Shown here: in pieces, positions 19,445 to 29,229 of the stretch
Numbering within the stretch: the first letter of the stretch is position 1
Layout of the letters: each line of letters opens with the position of its first letter
NCBI GenBank assembly: GCA_040755455.1
Contig: JBFMAY010000013.1
Span: 39,594-88,210, forward strand
Source of the DNA: Thermodesulfobacteriota bacterium
Lineage (GTDB): Bacteria; Desulfobacterota; Desulfobulbia; Desulfobulbales; SURF-16
DNA length: 48,617 nucleotides
Direction of reading: 5' to 3'
The notes under the pieces: generated by a model
The model's input: only the letters and a program-made list of their open reading frames with translations
Databases searched by the model: none
Told to the model about the DNA's origin: nothing
Program-made: the position numbers and the translations under genes

Positions 19445-19705
19445 ATGCGAGTTATTCTGTTGGTTGCTTCGTTTTTCCTGTTGAGTGTCAATTGCTATGC
19501 TGCTGATGATGCTGCTGATGTAGCGAATCGGACTATGTTTGAAAAAGAATGTGCTGATATGATTGCCCCTGGTGGTCCATGTGCTGATGTTAAAGCTGGT
19601 GGCGGCGGAAGACGAGGCTGCGTGGCCAAGCCCGAGAATTTGGAAAAAGCTACTCCTGCTTGCAAAGCAGTGATTGAAGCCTGGAAAAGCATGCAAAAAA
19701 AATAA
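19445..19705 (+). CDS. small secreted cysteine-rich-repeat-like protein
   Basis: GGAGGA RBS; signal peptide MRVILLVASFFLLSVNCYA; mature part has 4 Cys in the pattern C..D....C.DV.xGGG...C...PAC; AT-rich. Confidence 0.7.
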   Translation: MRVILLVASFFLLSVNCYAADDAADVANRTMFEKECADMIAPGGPCADVKAGGGGRRGCVAKPENLEKATPACKAVIEAWKSMQKK

Positions 19706-19756
19706 GGAGCCAGGTGCTTCAGAAAAAGGTTTAATACCTAGTTTATAAGGAATAGT

Positions 19757-19807
19757 GAAACGTCACAGGCGGGTAAGATCTTCATTCTTACCCGCCTGTG
19801 ACGTTTC
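19757..19807. terminator. perfect 22-bp inverted repeat, probable bidirectional terminator
   Basis: GAAACGTCACAGGCGGGTAAGA-tcttcat-TCTTACCCGCCTGTGACGTTTC between convergent genes. Confidence 0.75.
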
Positions 19808-19899
19808 TGCATCTGGCTGCTCTCCATTGAACATGATAAGCATAAAACTGCATAACATATCATGCGAACAGGCTTTCAATATTTAATCTCGTCTCCCCA

Positions 19900-20193
19900 C
19901 TACTTCTTTTTCCCCAGATACCTGTCAAAATTCGCCTGGTAATCGGCGAAATGCTCTTCAAGCATTTTTTTGTATTCCGTTGTGAAGTACTCGAATATAT
20001 TTTCTTTTTTTGCGGCAAATTCATCCGCCGAAGTTGCCCCCGTCGCAACCAGAAAGATATTAAACCGGGCCGCGGCATACAAAAATGTGGCACTGACCTT
20101 GCCCTGCTCGGCATTTTTACTCTGTTTATTGGCTAAGGCGATATAGGCATCCGCCATCTCATAAAATTCCTTATCTTTGTCGGTATTGCTCAT
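19900..20193 (-). CDS. DUF3144-like small protein
   Basis: FYEMADAYIALAN...VSATFLYAAARFN pattern; AGGAG RBS before ATG 20193. Confidence 0.75.
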   Translation of the reverse strand: MSNTDKDKEFYEMADAYIALANKQSKNAEQGKVSATFLYAAARFNIFLVATGATSADEFAAKKENIFEYFTTEYKKMLEEHFADYQANFDRYLGKKK

Positions 20194-20385
20194 AATTTCT
20201 CCTGTTGTTAACAAGTTGATATAGTTTTCTGATATTTACTTCAATCAGCTCAGGTTGACAAGCAATGTCCTGCTGGTCCGTCGGTTTCTAAGCGGAGATC
20301 AGATAAATTTGATTTTAGGAATTGTCAGATCGAGCTTGAGCTACTACAATCTCATTTCTCCCTTCTGCTGCGAAATATCAAGAAA

Positions 20386-21228
20386 ATGGAAGGACAATTG
20401 CCCAACAAAATTTCCGTGATCATACCCACCTATAACCGGCGGGAGTTTCTGGCCAGGGCTATTGATTCCGTGCTGGACCAGGGCTGGCAGGATTTTGAGC
20501 TGATAGTGGTGGACGACGGGTCAACGGACGAAACCGCCCGCTCTGTGGCCAGCTATGGTGGGCGGGTCCGCTATCTTTATCAGGAGAACAGGGGGCCGGC
20601 CGCGGCGCGAAACACCGGCGTCCGGGCGGCGGAGGGGGAGTTCATCGCCTTTCTTGACTCGGATGACCGCTTTGCCCCGGAAAAACTGGCAGTGCAACAG
20701 GCCGCCATGGCTGCCCGGCCTGAATATCTCATTTCCCACACCGACGAGATCTGGTACCGGCGGGGCGAGCTGCTGCACCAGAAAAAGAAACACTTCCGGC
20801 CCCATGGCTTCATCTTCGGGGAGTGTCTCAAACTCTGTGTGGTCGGCATGTCCACCGTCATGCTGCGCCGGGAGTTCTTTGCGAAGGTCGGCTATTTTGA
20901 CGAGGAGCTGCCCTGCTGCGAGGACTATGACCTGTGGCTGCGGGCCAGCGTTTCCCTGCCGTTTTTAAAGGTTGACCGGCCGCTGACCATCAAGGCCGGC
21001 GGCCGGCCGGATCAGGTGTCGGTGCGGTTTCGGGCAGGCATGGACCAGTTCCGCATCCGGGCCATGGTCAAGCTGCTGGGCCAGCAGGATTTAAGCGATG
21101 AACAGCGGCAGCTCGCCCGGCAGGAGCTGGCCCGCAAATGCCGCATTTTTGGTAACGGTTGCGTCAAGCATGGCCGGCCGGAGGAAGGGCGTTATTATCT
21201 GGAGCTGGCCGCGGATATCCTGCGGTAA
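20386..21228 (+). CDS. family 2 glycosyltransferase
   Basis: ISVIIPTYNR, VVDDGSTD, AARNTG, FLDSDD, EDYDLWLR. Confidence 0.93.
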   Translation: MEGQLPNKISVIIPTYNRREFLARAIDSVLDQGWQDFELIVVDDGSTDETARSVASYGGRVRYLYQENRGPAAARNTGVRAAEGEFIAFLDSDDRFAPEKLAVQQAAMAARPEYLISHTDEIWYRRGELLHQKKKHFRPHGFIFGECLKLCVVGMSTVMLRREFFAKVGYFDEELPCCEDYDLWLRASVSLPFLKVDRPLTIKAGGRPDQVSVRFRAGMDQFRIRAMVKLLGQQDLSDEQRQLARQELARKCRIFGNGCVKHGRPEEGRYYLELAADILR

Positions 21229-22487
21229 ATCGTCCAGATAAGTCCCGGCAGCATGAACAGCAGGGCCAGGCGCAGGACCACGGTGCGCGGCCCGGTGCCG
21301 TGTTCCAGGGCCGCGCCGGTGAAATAGGTGGAAAGGCTCAGCACCAGGGTGAGAAAGGCCATCTCCGCGGCAAAGACCCGGCCCCGGAAGCGGTCTTCCA
21401 CCATCTTCTGCAGCAGGGTGGTGGAAAAAACCCACTGCACCGCGCCGCCCAGATGGCCGCAGAAGACAAAAAAGGCGGCCCAGGCCAGGGTCGGTGCCTG
21501 GCTGAACAGCAGGTACGCCCCGGAGGCGGCAAAGAAGCTGAAGCCGATGGCCCGTGCCATGTCCGGCCTGCTTTCCCCGAAAAGACGCCAGGCCAGCAGC
21601 GGCCCCACCGCCGCGCCCATGCCCCTGGCGCTGTACAGGATCCCGCTGTTGCCGCCCTGGCCCTGCCCCGAGGCAAAGACCTGTTCGCCAAACACGGTCA
21701 GCATGACCAGGATGCCGCCGGACAGTGCCCAGCCGCTTTTTACCAGCAGCAGGGCCGCTACCTGCCGGTGCCGGACCACATACTGCAAACCCTCGCGCAG
21801 ATCGTTGAGCCCCAGATAATCAAGCAGGCCCGGCCCTGTCTTTTGGCAGCGCGGCAAGGGCGGCAGGATAAGTCCGCTGATCATGAGCGCTGAAACAAGG
21901 AAGGTGGCGGCATCCAGGACAATGGCGGTGCGCCAGCCGAAATGGGCGGTGGTGAAGCCGCCCAGGGCCGCGCCGAAGGCGAGCATGATGGACCAGGTGG
22001 CCCCGCCCAGGGCGTTGGCCAGATTCAGTTCCTCCGGCCGGCAGAGATTGGGAATGGAGGCCCGGCGGGCGGGATCGGCGAAGGTCCAGAGTGACTCCTG
22101 CAGCAGGGCCAGGCCGTAAACCATCCACACCTGTTCCGGCCGGCGGATCAGGAGAAAGCAGAGAACGATCCCCACCCGCATAAGGTCGCAGCCGATCATG
22201 ATGGCCTTGCGGGAAAAACGGTCGGCCAGCACGCCGGCGGCGGGTCCCATGACCGTTGAGGGGATGAATTTGGCGATGAGAAACCAGCTTACCGCCATGC
22301 CGGAGCCGCTGAGCTGCTGCAGCAGCACAAAAACGGCGATATAATTGAACCAGTTGCCGAACTGGCTGATGACCCCGGCCAGCCATAGCCTGGTGAACTG
22401 CGGGTTGGTCTTAAAAAGGATGACATAGCTGCGCCAGTCGCTGACGGACAGGATTGGCCGGGTGGAGGGGGATGATGGCAGGGTCAT
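21195..22487 (-). CDS. MFS transporter
   Basis: About 12 hydrophobic segments; GVLADRFSRK motif A; RGRVFA. Confidence 0.9.
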   Translation of the reverse strand: MTLPSSPSTRPILSVSDWRSYVILFKTNPQFTRLWLAGVISQFGNWFNYIAVFVLLQQLSGSGMAVSWFLIAKFIPSTVMGPAAGVLADRFSRKAIMIGCDLMRVGIVLCFLLIRRPEQVWMVYGLALLQESLWTFADPARRASIPNLCRPEELNLANALGGATWSIMLAFGAALGGFTTAHFGWRTAIVLDAATFLVSALMISGLILPPLPRCQKTGPGLLDYLGLNDLREGLQYVVRHRQVAALLLVKSGWALSGGILVMLTVFGEQVFASGQGQGGNSGILYSARGMGAAVGPLLAWRLFGESRPDMARAIGFSFFAASGAYLLFSQAPTLAWAAFFVFCGHLGGAVQWVFSTTLLQKMVEDRFRGRVFAAEMAFLTLVLSLSTYFTGAALEHGTGPRTVVLRLALLFMLPGLIWTIYRRISAASSR

Positions 22488-22775
22488 GGGAAGTTGAATA
22501 TCAGGTGGATAAATGGTTGAAGCGAGGCATGGCCCGTGGTATCAATGGTTAGAGGTCAAAGTTTTGGGGTAGCAATGGTCGGGGTATCGTGCCCGCCTGG
22601 TCAGCTTATTGATTTGGCGTGGTGTGCCTCCCCGTAAGAGGACTTCCGGCGGAATCCCGGTTTTGACCCGCAACCCCGCGCATCATGCTTGCAGCCGGCG
22701 CAACACACAAAACTGGAAATATAAAACCATGTTATCAATCTATCAGTCAACCACATTGACGGATTTGGAGGAAAT

Positions 22776-23783
22776 ATGCATAAGCCCCTTGGAGTAACCG
22801 TTATCAGGCATATTGTTGACAGTCAACGTTTGCATCCGCAGGCCACCGGGGATCTCTCCGGCCTCTTGAACGAACTGATTGTTGCCGGCAAAACCATTTC
22901 CGCGGAAGTCAACATGGCGGGGCTCGCCGATATTCTCGGCATGTCGGGCAAGACCAATATTCAGGGGGAAAAGGTGCAGAAACTTGATGAGTTCGCCAAT
23001 AACACCATCAAGAAGAGGATGGCGCGCTGCGGCTATCTCTGCGTCATGACCTCCGAGGAGGAGGATGACATCATTCCGGTGGCTGATGGGTATGAGGGGA
23101 AATACACCCTGGCCTTTGACCCCCTGGACGGCTCCACCAATATCGATGTCAATGTCAATATCGGCACCATCTTTTCCGTGCACCGCCGCCGTTCAAGCGG
23201 CGGCCAGGGCGGCAAGGAGGATCTGCTGCAAAGGGGGAGGGACCAGGTGGCGGCCGGTTATATCCTCTACGGCTCCAGCACCATGCTGGTTTTCACCACC
23301 GGTGAAGGCGTCCAGGGCTTTACCCTTGACCCCAGCGTCGGTGAATTCTATCTGTCCCATCCTGATATCAAAACACCGCAGCGCAGCAAATATCTCAGCG
23401 TCAACGAAGGCAACCGGAATTACTGGCCGGAAAATGTCCGGCGCTTCATCGATTCGCTGAAAGAGAAAAACAAGGAAAAGGGCAGGCCGTACAGTTGCCG
23501 TTATATCGGCTCGCTGGTGGCTGACTTCCACCGCAATCTCATTGCAGGCGGCATCTTCATCTATCCCCGGGACAGCAAGAACCCGGAAAAACCCTACGGC
23601 AAGCTGCGGCTGCAGTATGAGGCGGCGCCGCTCGCCATGCTGATCGAACAGGCTGGCGGGCGGGCCATCACAGATGACGGCATCAATATTCTTGATATCG
23701 TGCCGGATTCATTGCATCAGCGGGTGCCGCTCATTATCGGCAGCAAACTCGATGTGGATGAGGCCGAGGGATACCTGGGTTAA
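22776..23783 (+). CDS. fbp: class 1 fructose-1,6-bisphosphatase
   Basis: NIQGEKVQKLD, SEE, DPLDGSTN, RYIGSLVADFHR, GKLRLQYE. Confidence 0.96.
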   Translation: MHKPLGVTVIRHIVDSQRLHPQATGDLSGLLNELIVAGKTISAEVNMAGLADILGMSGKTNIQGEKVQKLDEFANNTIKKRMARCGYLCVMTSEEEDDIIPVADGYEGKYTLAFDPLDGSTNIDVNVNIGTIFSVHRRRSSGGQGGKEDLLQRGRDQVAAGYILYGSSTMLVFTTGEGVQGFTLDPSVGEFYLSHPDIKTPQRSKYLSVNEGNRNYWPENVRRFIDSLKEKNKEKGRPYSCRYIGSLVADFHRNLIAGGIFIYPRDSKNPEKPYGKLRLQYEAAPLAMLIEQAGGRAITDDGINILDIVPDSLHQRVPLIIGSKLDVDEAEGYLG

Positions 23784-24381
23784 GCGGGCGGCGCCCCCGG
23801 CCGCAGGCTGACAGGGCAGGCCTCCTGTGCTGGCCTTCCCTGTCGGTTGCCCGCCCTCTGGCAAGTTCTCATCTCGTTTCTTTCCTCTGTTCTTTTCCGG
23901 GGAAAACCGGATCCTTCACCCGTGGCAGGAGCAACTGTCGGCCGGCCCCCCTTGTTTCCTAACCAGATGGCGGATAAAATGTTCCGCGGCTAATATCCTG
24001 AAAGAGCAGGATATTGTCTTCCGGTCCGCTGCCTGATCAAAAAATGCTTTGCTTTCTTCAAATCGTTCAAGATAGAATTCAACATGCGCATGCAGTATCT
24101 TTTTGCCAGCCCCCTCCGCCATGGAAAATGAAGCGGAAAAAACGGCGGTGAAGAGAGCGCTCTTACCAGTATTCTTACAGTTCGGCCGAGGTTTTTTTCC
24201 GTTGCGCAAGGGGCGGGGCGGAACAGCCCGCCGCCCCGGCAGCTATCATTATTTGCCAGCTTCCTGATGTATTCATTGCTGAGGGTTTGCCCGGACCGCT
24301 TTGCCTATTTTTTTTCTATAATTCCAACTTGTTGGCCAATGTCAAGGCGCAGCAGAAACGGTTGGAGCCACAGGAGGATAT

Positions 24382-26355
24382 GTGATGCAACTCAAGAATA
24401 TTCAAATGAAGATCGTTGTCTGGGCGGGCATCTGTCTGCTGCTGACCTCGGCGGTTATCATCGTTTTTTCAGCCGTGAGCATGAAAAACGAGGCGGAATA
24501 TAACCGGGAAATTGCCTACGAAACCGCCAGCAATATCGCGGTGGACGTGGCGGGCAAGACCGCCGCCGACATTAAGGCTGAACTTGAGGTGGCCCTCGAC
24601 GCCGCCCGGACTCTGGCCCAGGCGTTATCCGGCATCAAAGACGAGGCCAACCCGGTAAAGCTGGAACGGGATGAGGTTAACAGCATTTTGCGCATTCTCC
24701 TGGACAAAAACCCGCAGTTTATCGGAACCTATACCGGCTGGGAGCCGAACGCCTTTGACGGCAGGGACGAAGATTTCCGGGACAGCCCGGGGCATGATGC
24801 CACAGGGCGCTTTGTGCCCTACTTGAACCGGGATGAAAGCGGCAAGGTGGCTGTTGAAGCATTGCTGGATTATGAAAAGGAGGGCCTGGGCGATTACTAT
24901 CTGCTGCCCAGAAAGACCGGGCAGGAATGTATTCTCGATCCGTATATTTATCCGGTGCAGGGCAAGCCTACCCTGATCACCTCGCTGGTTGCGCCGGTCA
25001 TGGCCGGGGAGACCTTTTACGGGATTGCCGGGGTGGACCTGCGGTTGTCTTTTTTGCAGGGGCTGGCCGACAACGTCAAGGACCTTTATGACGGGGCCGC
25101 GGAAATCAGGTTGATCAGCAACAACGGCACCCTGGCGGCCATGACCGGAAAACCCGAAATGGCCGGCAAACCCATGCAGGAAATCGATGGGGGTTTCGAG
25201 AAAATACGCGCAGCTATTGCCAAAGGAGAAAAGAAGGTCGGCATGGAGCAGGAGATGCTGGAGGTTTACGTTCCCTTACAGATAGGGCGAACGACCACCC
25301 CGTGGAGCGTGGGCATCCGCATCCCCTCGGCAAAGATCTCCGCCCAGGCCGATGCGCAGATGCGAAGGGCCTACCGGCAAATGGTGTGGATGGTGGTCAT
25401 CAGCGGTGCATGCGCCTTTGCCGGTCTCTGCCTGCTGTGGTTTATCGCCAGGAGCATTACCCGACCCATCAAGGCGGCCATTGCCAGTCTTTCCGCCAAT
25501 GCCGGCCAGATGAACAGCGCCGCCGGCCAGGTTTCATCCGCCAGTCAGTCATTGGCCGAGGGCTCCTCGGAGCAGGCGGCAAGCATTGAGGAAACCTCGG
25601 CATCCCTTGAAGAGATTTCCTCCATGACCAGACAGAATGCGGAAAATGCCGACATGGCCGATAATTTGATGAAAGAGGCCAACAAGGCGGTTGCGCTGGC
25701 CAATGATTCCATGTCTGCCTTGACCGTTTCCATGGATGAAATTTCCAAGGCAAGTGAAGAGACCTCCAAGATCATCAAGACCATTGACGAGATCGCCTTC
25801 CAGACCAATCTGCTGGCCCTGAATGCCGCGGTTGAGGCGGCGCGGGCCGGCGAGGCCGGAGCCGGCTTTGCCGTGGTGGCGGACGAGGTGCGCAACCTGG
25901 CCATGCGGGCGGCAGATGCGGCAAAAAACACGGCGAGTCTGATTGAAGGCACGGTGAAAAAAACCATGGCCGGGTCGGCCCATCTTGACCGGAGCAATAA
26001 GGCATTTTCCGAGGTGGCCAGGGGCACCGCCAAGGTGAGTGAGCTGGTGGGGGAGATTGCCGTGGCCTCCAATGAGCAGGCCAAGGGCATAGGCCAGGTG
26101 AATCAGGCTGTGAACGAAATGGATAAGGTGGTGCAGCAGAATGCGGCCAATGCCGAAGAGTCAGCCTCTGCCGCGGCAGAGATGAGCAGCCAGGCCGAGC
26201 AGCTGCAGGATATCGTCGGTGATCTGGCCGTGCTGGTCGGCAGGACGGTAAGGCAAACGGGTGAAGCCGGGCGGGCTGTCCCCCGCGCCGCCGGGAAAAC
26301 CCGCGCCGTTGCGCCTGAGCCGAAAAGACTGTCGCATGAGCAGGGGGAATTTTGA
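24382..26355 (+). CDS. methyl-accepting chemotaxis protein with dCache-type sensor
   Basis: TM1, periplasmic WEPNAFDG...GRF...YY...DPY motifs, TM2, [34 protein letters not shown] hairpin; AGGAGG RBS. Confidence 0.95.
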   Translation: MMQLKNIQMKIVVWAGICLLLTSAVIIVFSAVSMKNEAEYNREIAYETASNIAVDVAGKTAADIKAELEVALDAARTLAQALSGIKDEANPVKLERDEVNSILRILLDKNPQFIGTYTGWEPNAFDGRDEDFRDSPGHDATGRFVPYLNRDESGKVAVEALLDYEKEGLGDYYLLPRKTGQECILDPYIYPVQGKPTLITSLVAPVMAGETFYGIAGVDLRLSFLQGLADNVKDLYDGAAEIRLISNNGTLAAMTGKPEMAGKPMQEIDGGFEKIRAAIAKGEKKVGMEQEMLEVYVPLQIGRTTTPWSVGIRIPSAKISAQADAQMRRAYRQMVWMVVISGACAFAGLCLLWFIARSITRPIKAAIASLSANAGQMNSAAGQVSSASQSLAEGSSEQAASIEETSASLEEISSMTRQNAENADMADNLMKEANKAVALANDSMSALTVSMDEISKASEETSKIIKTIDEIAFQTNLLALNAAVEAARAGEAGAGFAVVADEVRNLAMRAADAAKNTASLIEGTVKKTMAGSAHLDRSNKAFSEVARGTAKVSELVGEIAVASNEQAKGIGQVNQAVNEMDKVVQQNAANAEESASAAAEMSSQAEQLQDIVGDLAVLVGRTVRQTGEAGRAVPRAAGKTRAVAPEPKRLSHEQGEF

Positions 26356-26424
26356 TCGGCATTGATGTGGGGCTGCCGGCAATTGGCCCATGATTTCCGG
26401 AGCAGAGGTGCTTAGAGGTTATTT

Positions 26425-29067
26425 ATGAAGAAGCGTTGCAACCCAGCTGATGGTGCCCGGCATTGGAGAGCTCTCCTGGGCAAGATGTTCGGCATGGGGA
26501 AAAAAGGCGATGGGAAAGACGCCGGCCCTGCTTGGCAAAAGACCTGTGGGTTTACCGGGGACAACGGCAATTCCCGGATGGAGATCATGGAGCGGCAAAG
26601 ATTGACTGCGGACCTGCAAAACGCCTGCTCTCTTCTGAAAAGTCTCGTTGATTCCATCCCTGATCTAATTTTTTACAAGGACACCAGAGGCGCTTATCTG
26701 GGTTGTAATAGGGCATTCGCCAGGTTCGTCGGGCATCCTGAGGAGGAAATAATCGGCCTGACCGATCTGGATCTGTTTCCCAGGGAACTGGCGGGGTTTT
26801 TCCGAGATAACGATCAACAGATACTGTCCTCCGGCGAGGCCAGATGCAATGAGGAGTGGGTTGCTTATCCGGACGGCCGGCGGGTGTTGCTCGATACCCT
26901 GAAAACACCATACTATGATAATGAAGGCAATGTTCTCGGACTCATCGGGGTCAGCCGCGACATCACCACCCGCCAGCGGTCTGCCGAGGCATTGCAGGAA
27001 AGTGAACGGAAACTCTCTACCCTGCTGGCAAATCTGCCGGGCATGGCCTATCGTTGCGCCAATGACCCGGACTGGGCAATGGAATTTGTTTCCGACGGCT
27101 GCCGGGAGCTGACCGGGTATAATGCCGATGAACTGATCGGCAATCGGGTGGTGGCTTATGCCAAGTTGATTCATCCTGACGATCAGGCTTTCGTTTGGAA
27201 TGGCGTGCAGGAGGGAGTGGCGCGAAAACGCCCCTTTCAGTTAACCTATCGGCTGCGTAACGCTGCGGGGCAGGAGAAGTGGGTCTTGGAACAGGGTGAG
27301 GGGGTTTTTGCGGAAGACGGAAGCTTGTTGGCCCTGGAAGGTTTTATTACCGATATAACGATGAGGAAGCGGGCTGAGGATGAAGTGCGGCGGAATTATG
27401 AGACGCAAACCGCCATCAATGCACTGCTGGATCTGGCCCAGTCCAACCTCCCGCTGGATGATCTCCTGCCGCGGACTCTTGATATCATCCTGTCGTCCCA
27501 GTGGTTTTCCCCGGAAAAGAAGGGCTGTATCTTGCTGTTGGCGGATGATCGGCAAAATCTGGTGTTAAAGGCGGGACTGGGGCTCGCCGATTCCCTGCCG
27601 ATAGGCGCATTGGTGCCGGCGGATCGCTGCCCCTGCGGCCAGGCATTGTCAACCGGCGGGATACAGCATGTCGCCCAAGCTGATGACTGCCAGGCCAACA
27701 CTTTCAAGGCCATGGGTTGCCACGATTATTATTGTGTTCCTATTCTCGTAGAGGGGCAGGCGATCGGGTCAGTCCTTCTCTTGCTGCCCGCAGGACACAG
27801 GCGAGATCCCCAGGAAGAAGCGTTTCTGTTGGCCGTAACCAAGCCATTGGCCGATATTATCCAGCGCAGGCGGATGATGGACGAAAGAGCCAAGCTGGAA
27901 AGGCAGCTGCGCCAGGCGCAGAAGATGGAATCCATCGGAACCCTGGCCGGCGGCATAGCGCATGATTTCAACAATATTCTCTCGGCCATCATGGGCTATG
28001 GCGAGTTGGCCAGCATTGCCCTGGCCGCGGACAGCCCGGCCTATCAGGACATACAGCAGGTGCTGGTTGCCGCTGAGCGGGCCAAGCAGCTTGTCAGCCA
28101 GATCCTCACCTTCAGCCGGCAGGGAGAACAGGGGCGCCAGCCTGTCCTTGTTCACCTGATCGTCAAGGAGGCCCTCAAGCTTTTACGTTCATCCATCCCG
28201 GCAACCATTCAGATCTGTGAAAACATCAGGACAGACTGCGGCGCGGTGCTGGCCGAGCCGAGCCTGATTCATCAGATCATCATGAATCTTTGCACCAATG
28301 CCTACCATGCCATGCGGGAAGGCGGCGGATTGTTGACCGTCGGCCTGACATGTACCGCGTTTGACCAGGATGAAGTCAGAGTCGGGAGGCTCAATCTGGC
28401 CCCCGGACCTTATCTGCAGCTCGAGGTGCGGGACAGCGGCCACGGCATGGACCGCGCCGTTCTTGAGCGGATATTTGAACCCTATTTCACCACCAAGAAA
28501 AAGGGAGAGGGGACCGGGCTGGGACTTTCCGTGGTGCATGGCATTGTCAACAGTCTTGGCGGCCATATCTCGGTGTACAGTGAGCCGGGCAACGGGGCGA
28601 CGTTTCAGGTTTTTCTGCCCCTGCTGGACAGCGCGGCCGGTGAGCAGGATACCGGTGAAACACATCTTCTGCCACGGGGCGATGAGCGAATTCTGGTGGT
28701 GGATGACGAAGAGCAGATAATCCGCATAGAGCGGAGAATGCTGGAAGACTTGGGTTACCAGGTCAAGGCCTTTACCAGCAGCGAGGAGGCCCTGCAGTTC
28801 TTCCTGGCCGTGCCCGACAAATTCGATCTCATCATCACCGATATGACCATGCCGCATCTCACCGGGGCCGAGCTGGCAAAGAGGGTTATGCAGGAAAGAG
28901 CGGATATCCCGATCATTCTCTGCAGCGGTTTCAGTGATTTGCTGAACGAGGAGCAGGCAAGGGCTCTGGGAATCAGACAATATATCATGAAGCCGATTGT
29001 CAGAAAAAAGCTGGCCCAGGCGGTCAGCAACGTGCTGCATGGGCATGGGGCTGCGGGGCAGGACTGA
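26425..29067 (+). CDS. cytoplasmic PAS-PAS-GAF hybrid histidine kinase with receiver
   Basis: Two PAS/PAC domains ending DIT, GAF-like segment, GGIAHDFNN H-box, PYFTTK..GTGLGL, ITDMTMP receiver. True start may be 26578. Confidence 0.92.
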   Translation: MKKRCNPADGARHWRALLGKMFGMGKKGDGKDAGPAWQKTCGFTGDNGNSRMEIMERQRLTADLQNACSLLKSLVDSIPDLIFYKDTRGAYLGCNRAFARFVGHPEEEIIGLTDLDLFPRELAGFFRDNDQQILSSGEARCNEEWVAYPDGRRVLLDTLKTPYYDNEGNVLGLIGVSRDITTRQRSAEALQESERKLSTLLANLPGMAYRCANDPDWAMEFVSDGCRELTGYNADELIGNRVVAYAKLIHPDDQAFVWNGVQEGVARKRPFQLTYRLRNAAGQEKWVLEQGEGVFAEDGSLLALEGFITDITMRKRAEDEVRRNYETQTAINALLDLAQSNLPLDDLLPRTLDIILSSQWFSPEKKGCILLLADDRQNLVLKAGLGLADSLPIGALVPADRCPCGQALSTGGIQHVAQADDCQANTFKAMGCHDYYCVPILVEGQAIGSVLLLLPAGHRRDPQEEAFLLAVTKPLADIIQRRRMMDERAKLERQLRQAQKMESIGTLAGGIAHDFNNILSAIMGYGELASIALAADSPAYQDIQQVLVAAERAKQLVSQILTFSRQGEQGRQPVLVHLIVKEALKLLRSSIPATIQICENIRTDCGAVLAEPSLIHQIIMNLCTNAYHAMREGGGLLTVGLTCTAFDQDEVRVGRLNLAPGPYLQLEVRDSGHGMDRAVLERIFEPYFTTKKKGEGTGLGLSVVHGIVNSLGGHISVYSEPGNGATFQVFLPLLDSAAGEQDTGETHLLPRGDERILVVDDEEQIIRIERRMLEDLGYQVKAFTSSEEALQFFLAVPDKFDLIITDMTMPHLTGAELAKRVMQERADIPIILCSGFSDLLNEEQARALGIRQYIMKPIVRKKLAQAVSNVLHGHGAAGQD

Positions 29068-29229
29068 CCCGGTTGCCGCAAAGGATGCAGCCCGTCCCTT
29101 TCACCCCATGTTTCCCCGCCACAGCTTTCTCTGTATCTTGCCCCAGTGCTGCGGCTAACACCGCGTCACTGCAGAGCGGTTGCCGCCGAGAGAGCATCAT
29201 CGGTCTACCGGTTCCGGGTTTTACCACTG

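Noticed and set aside
19391..20214. AT-rich small genes as integron cassettes
   Set aside because: No attC structure after either stop codon; the 22-bp stem is perfect and lacks R and L boxes.
21195..21228. 34-bp convergent overlap of the glycosyltransferase and MFS genes
   Set aside because: Short tail-to-tail overlaps are common.
23916..24209. 97-aa minus-strand ORF between fbp and the MCP
   Set aside because: TTG start, no clear RBS or motif; cannot be supported as a gene.
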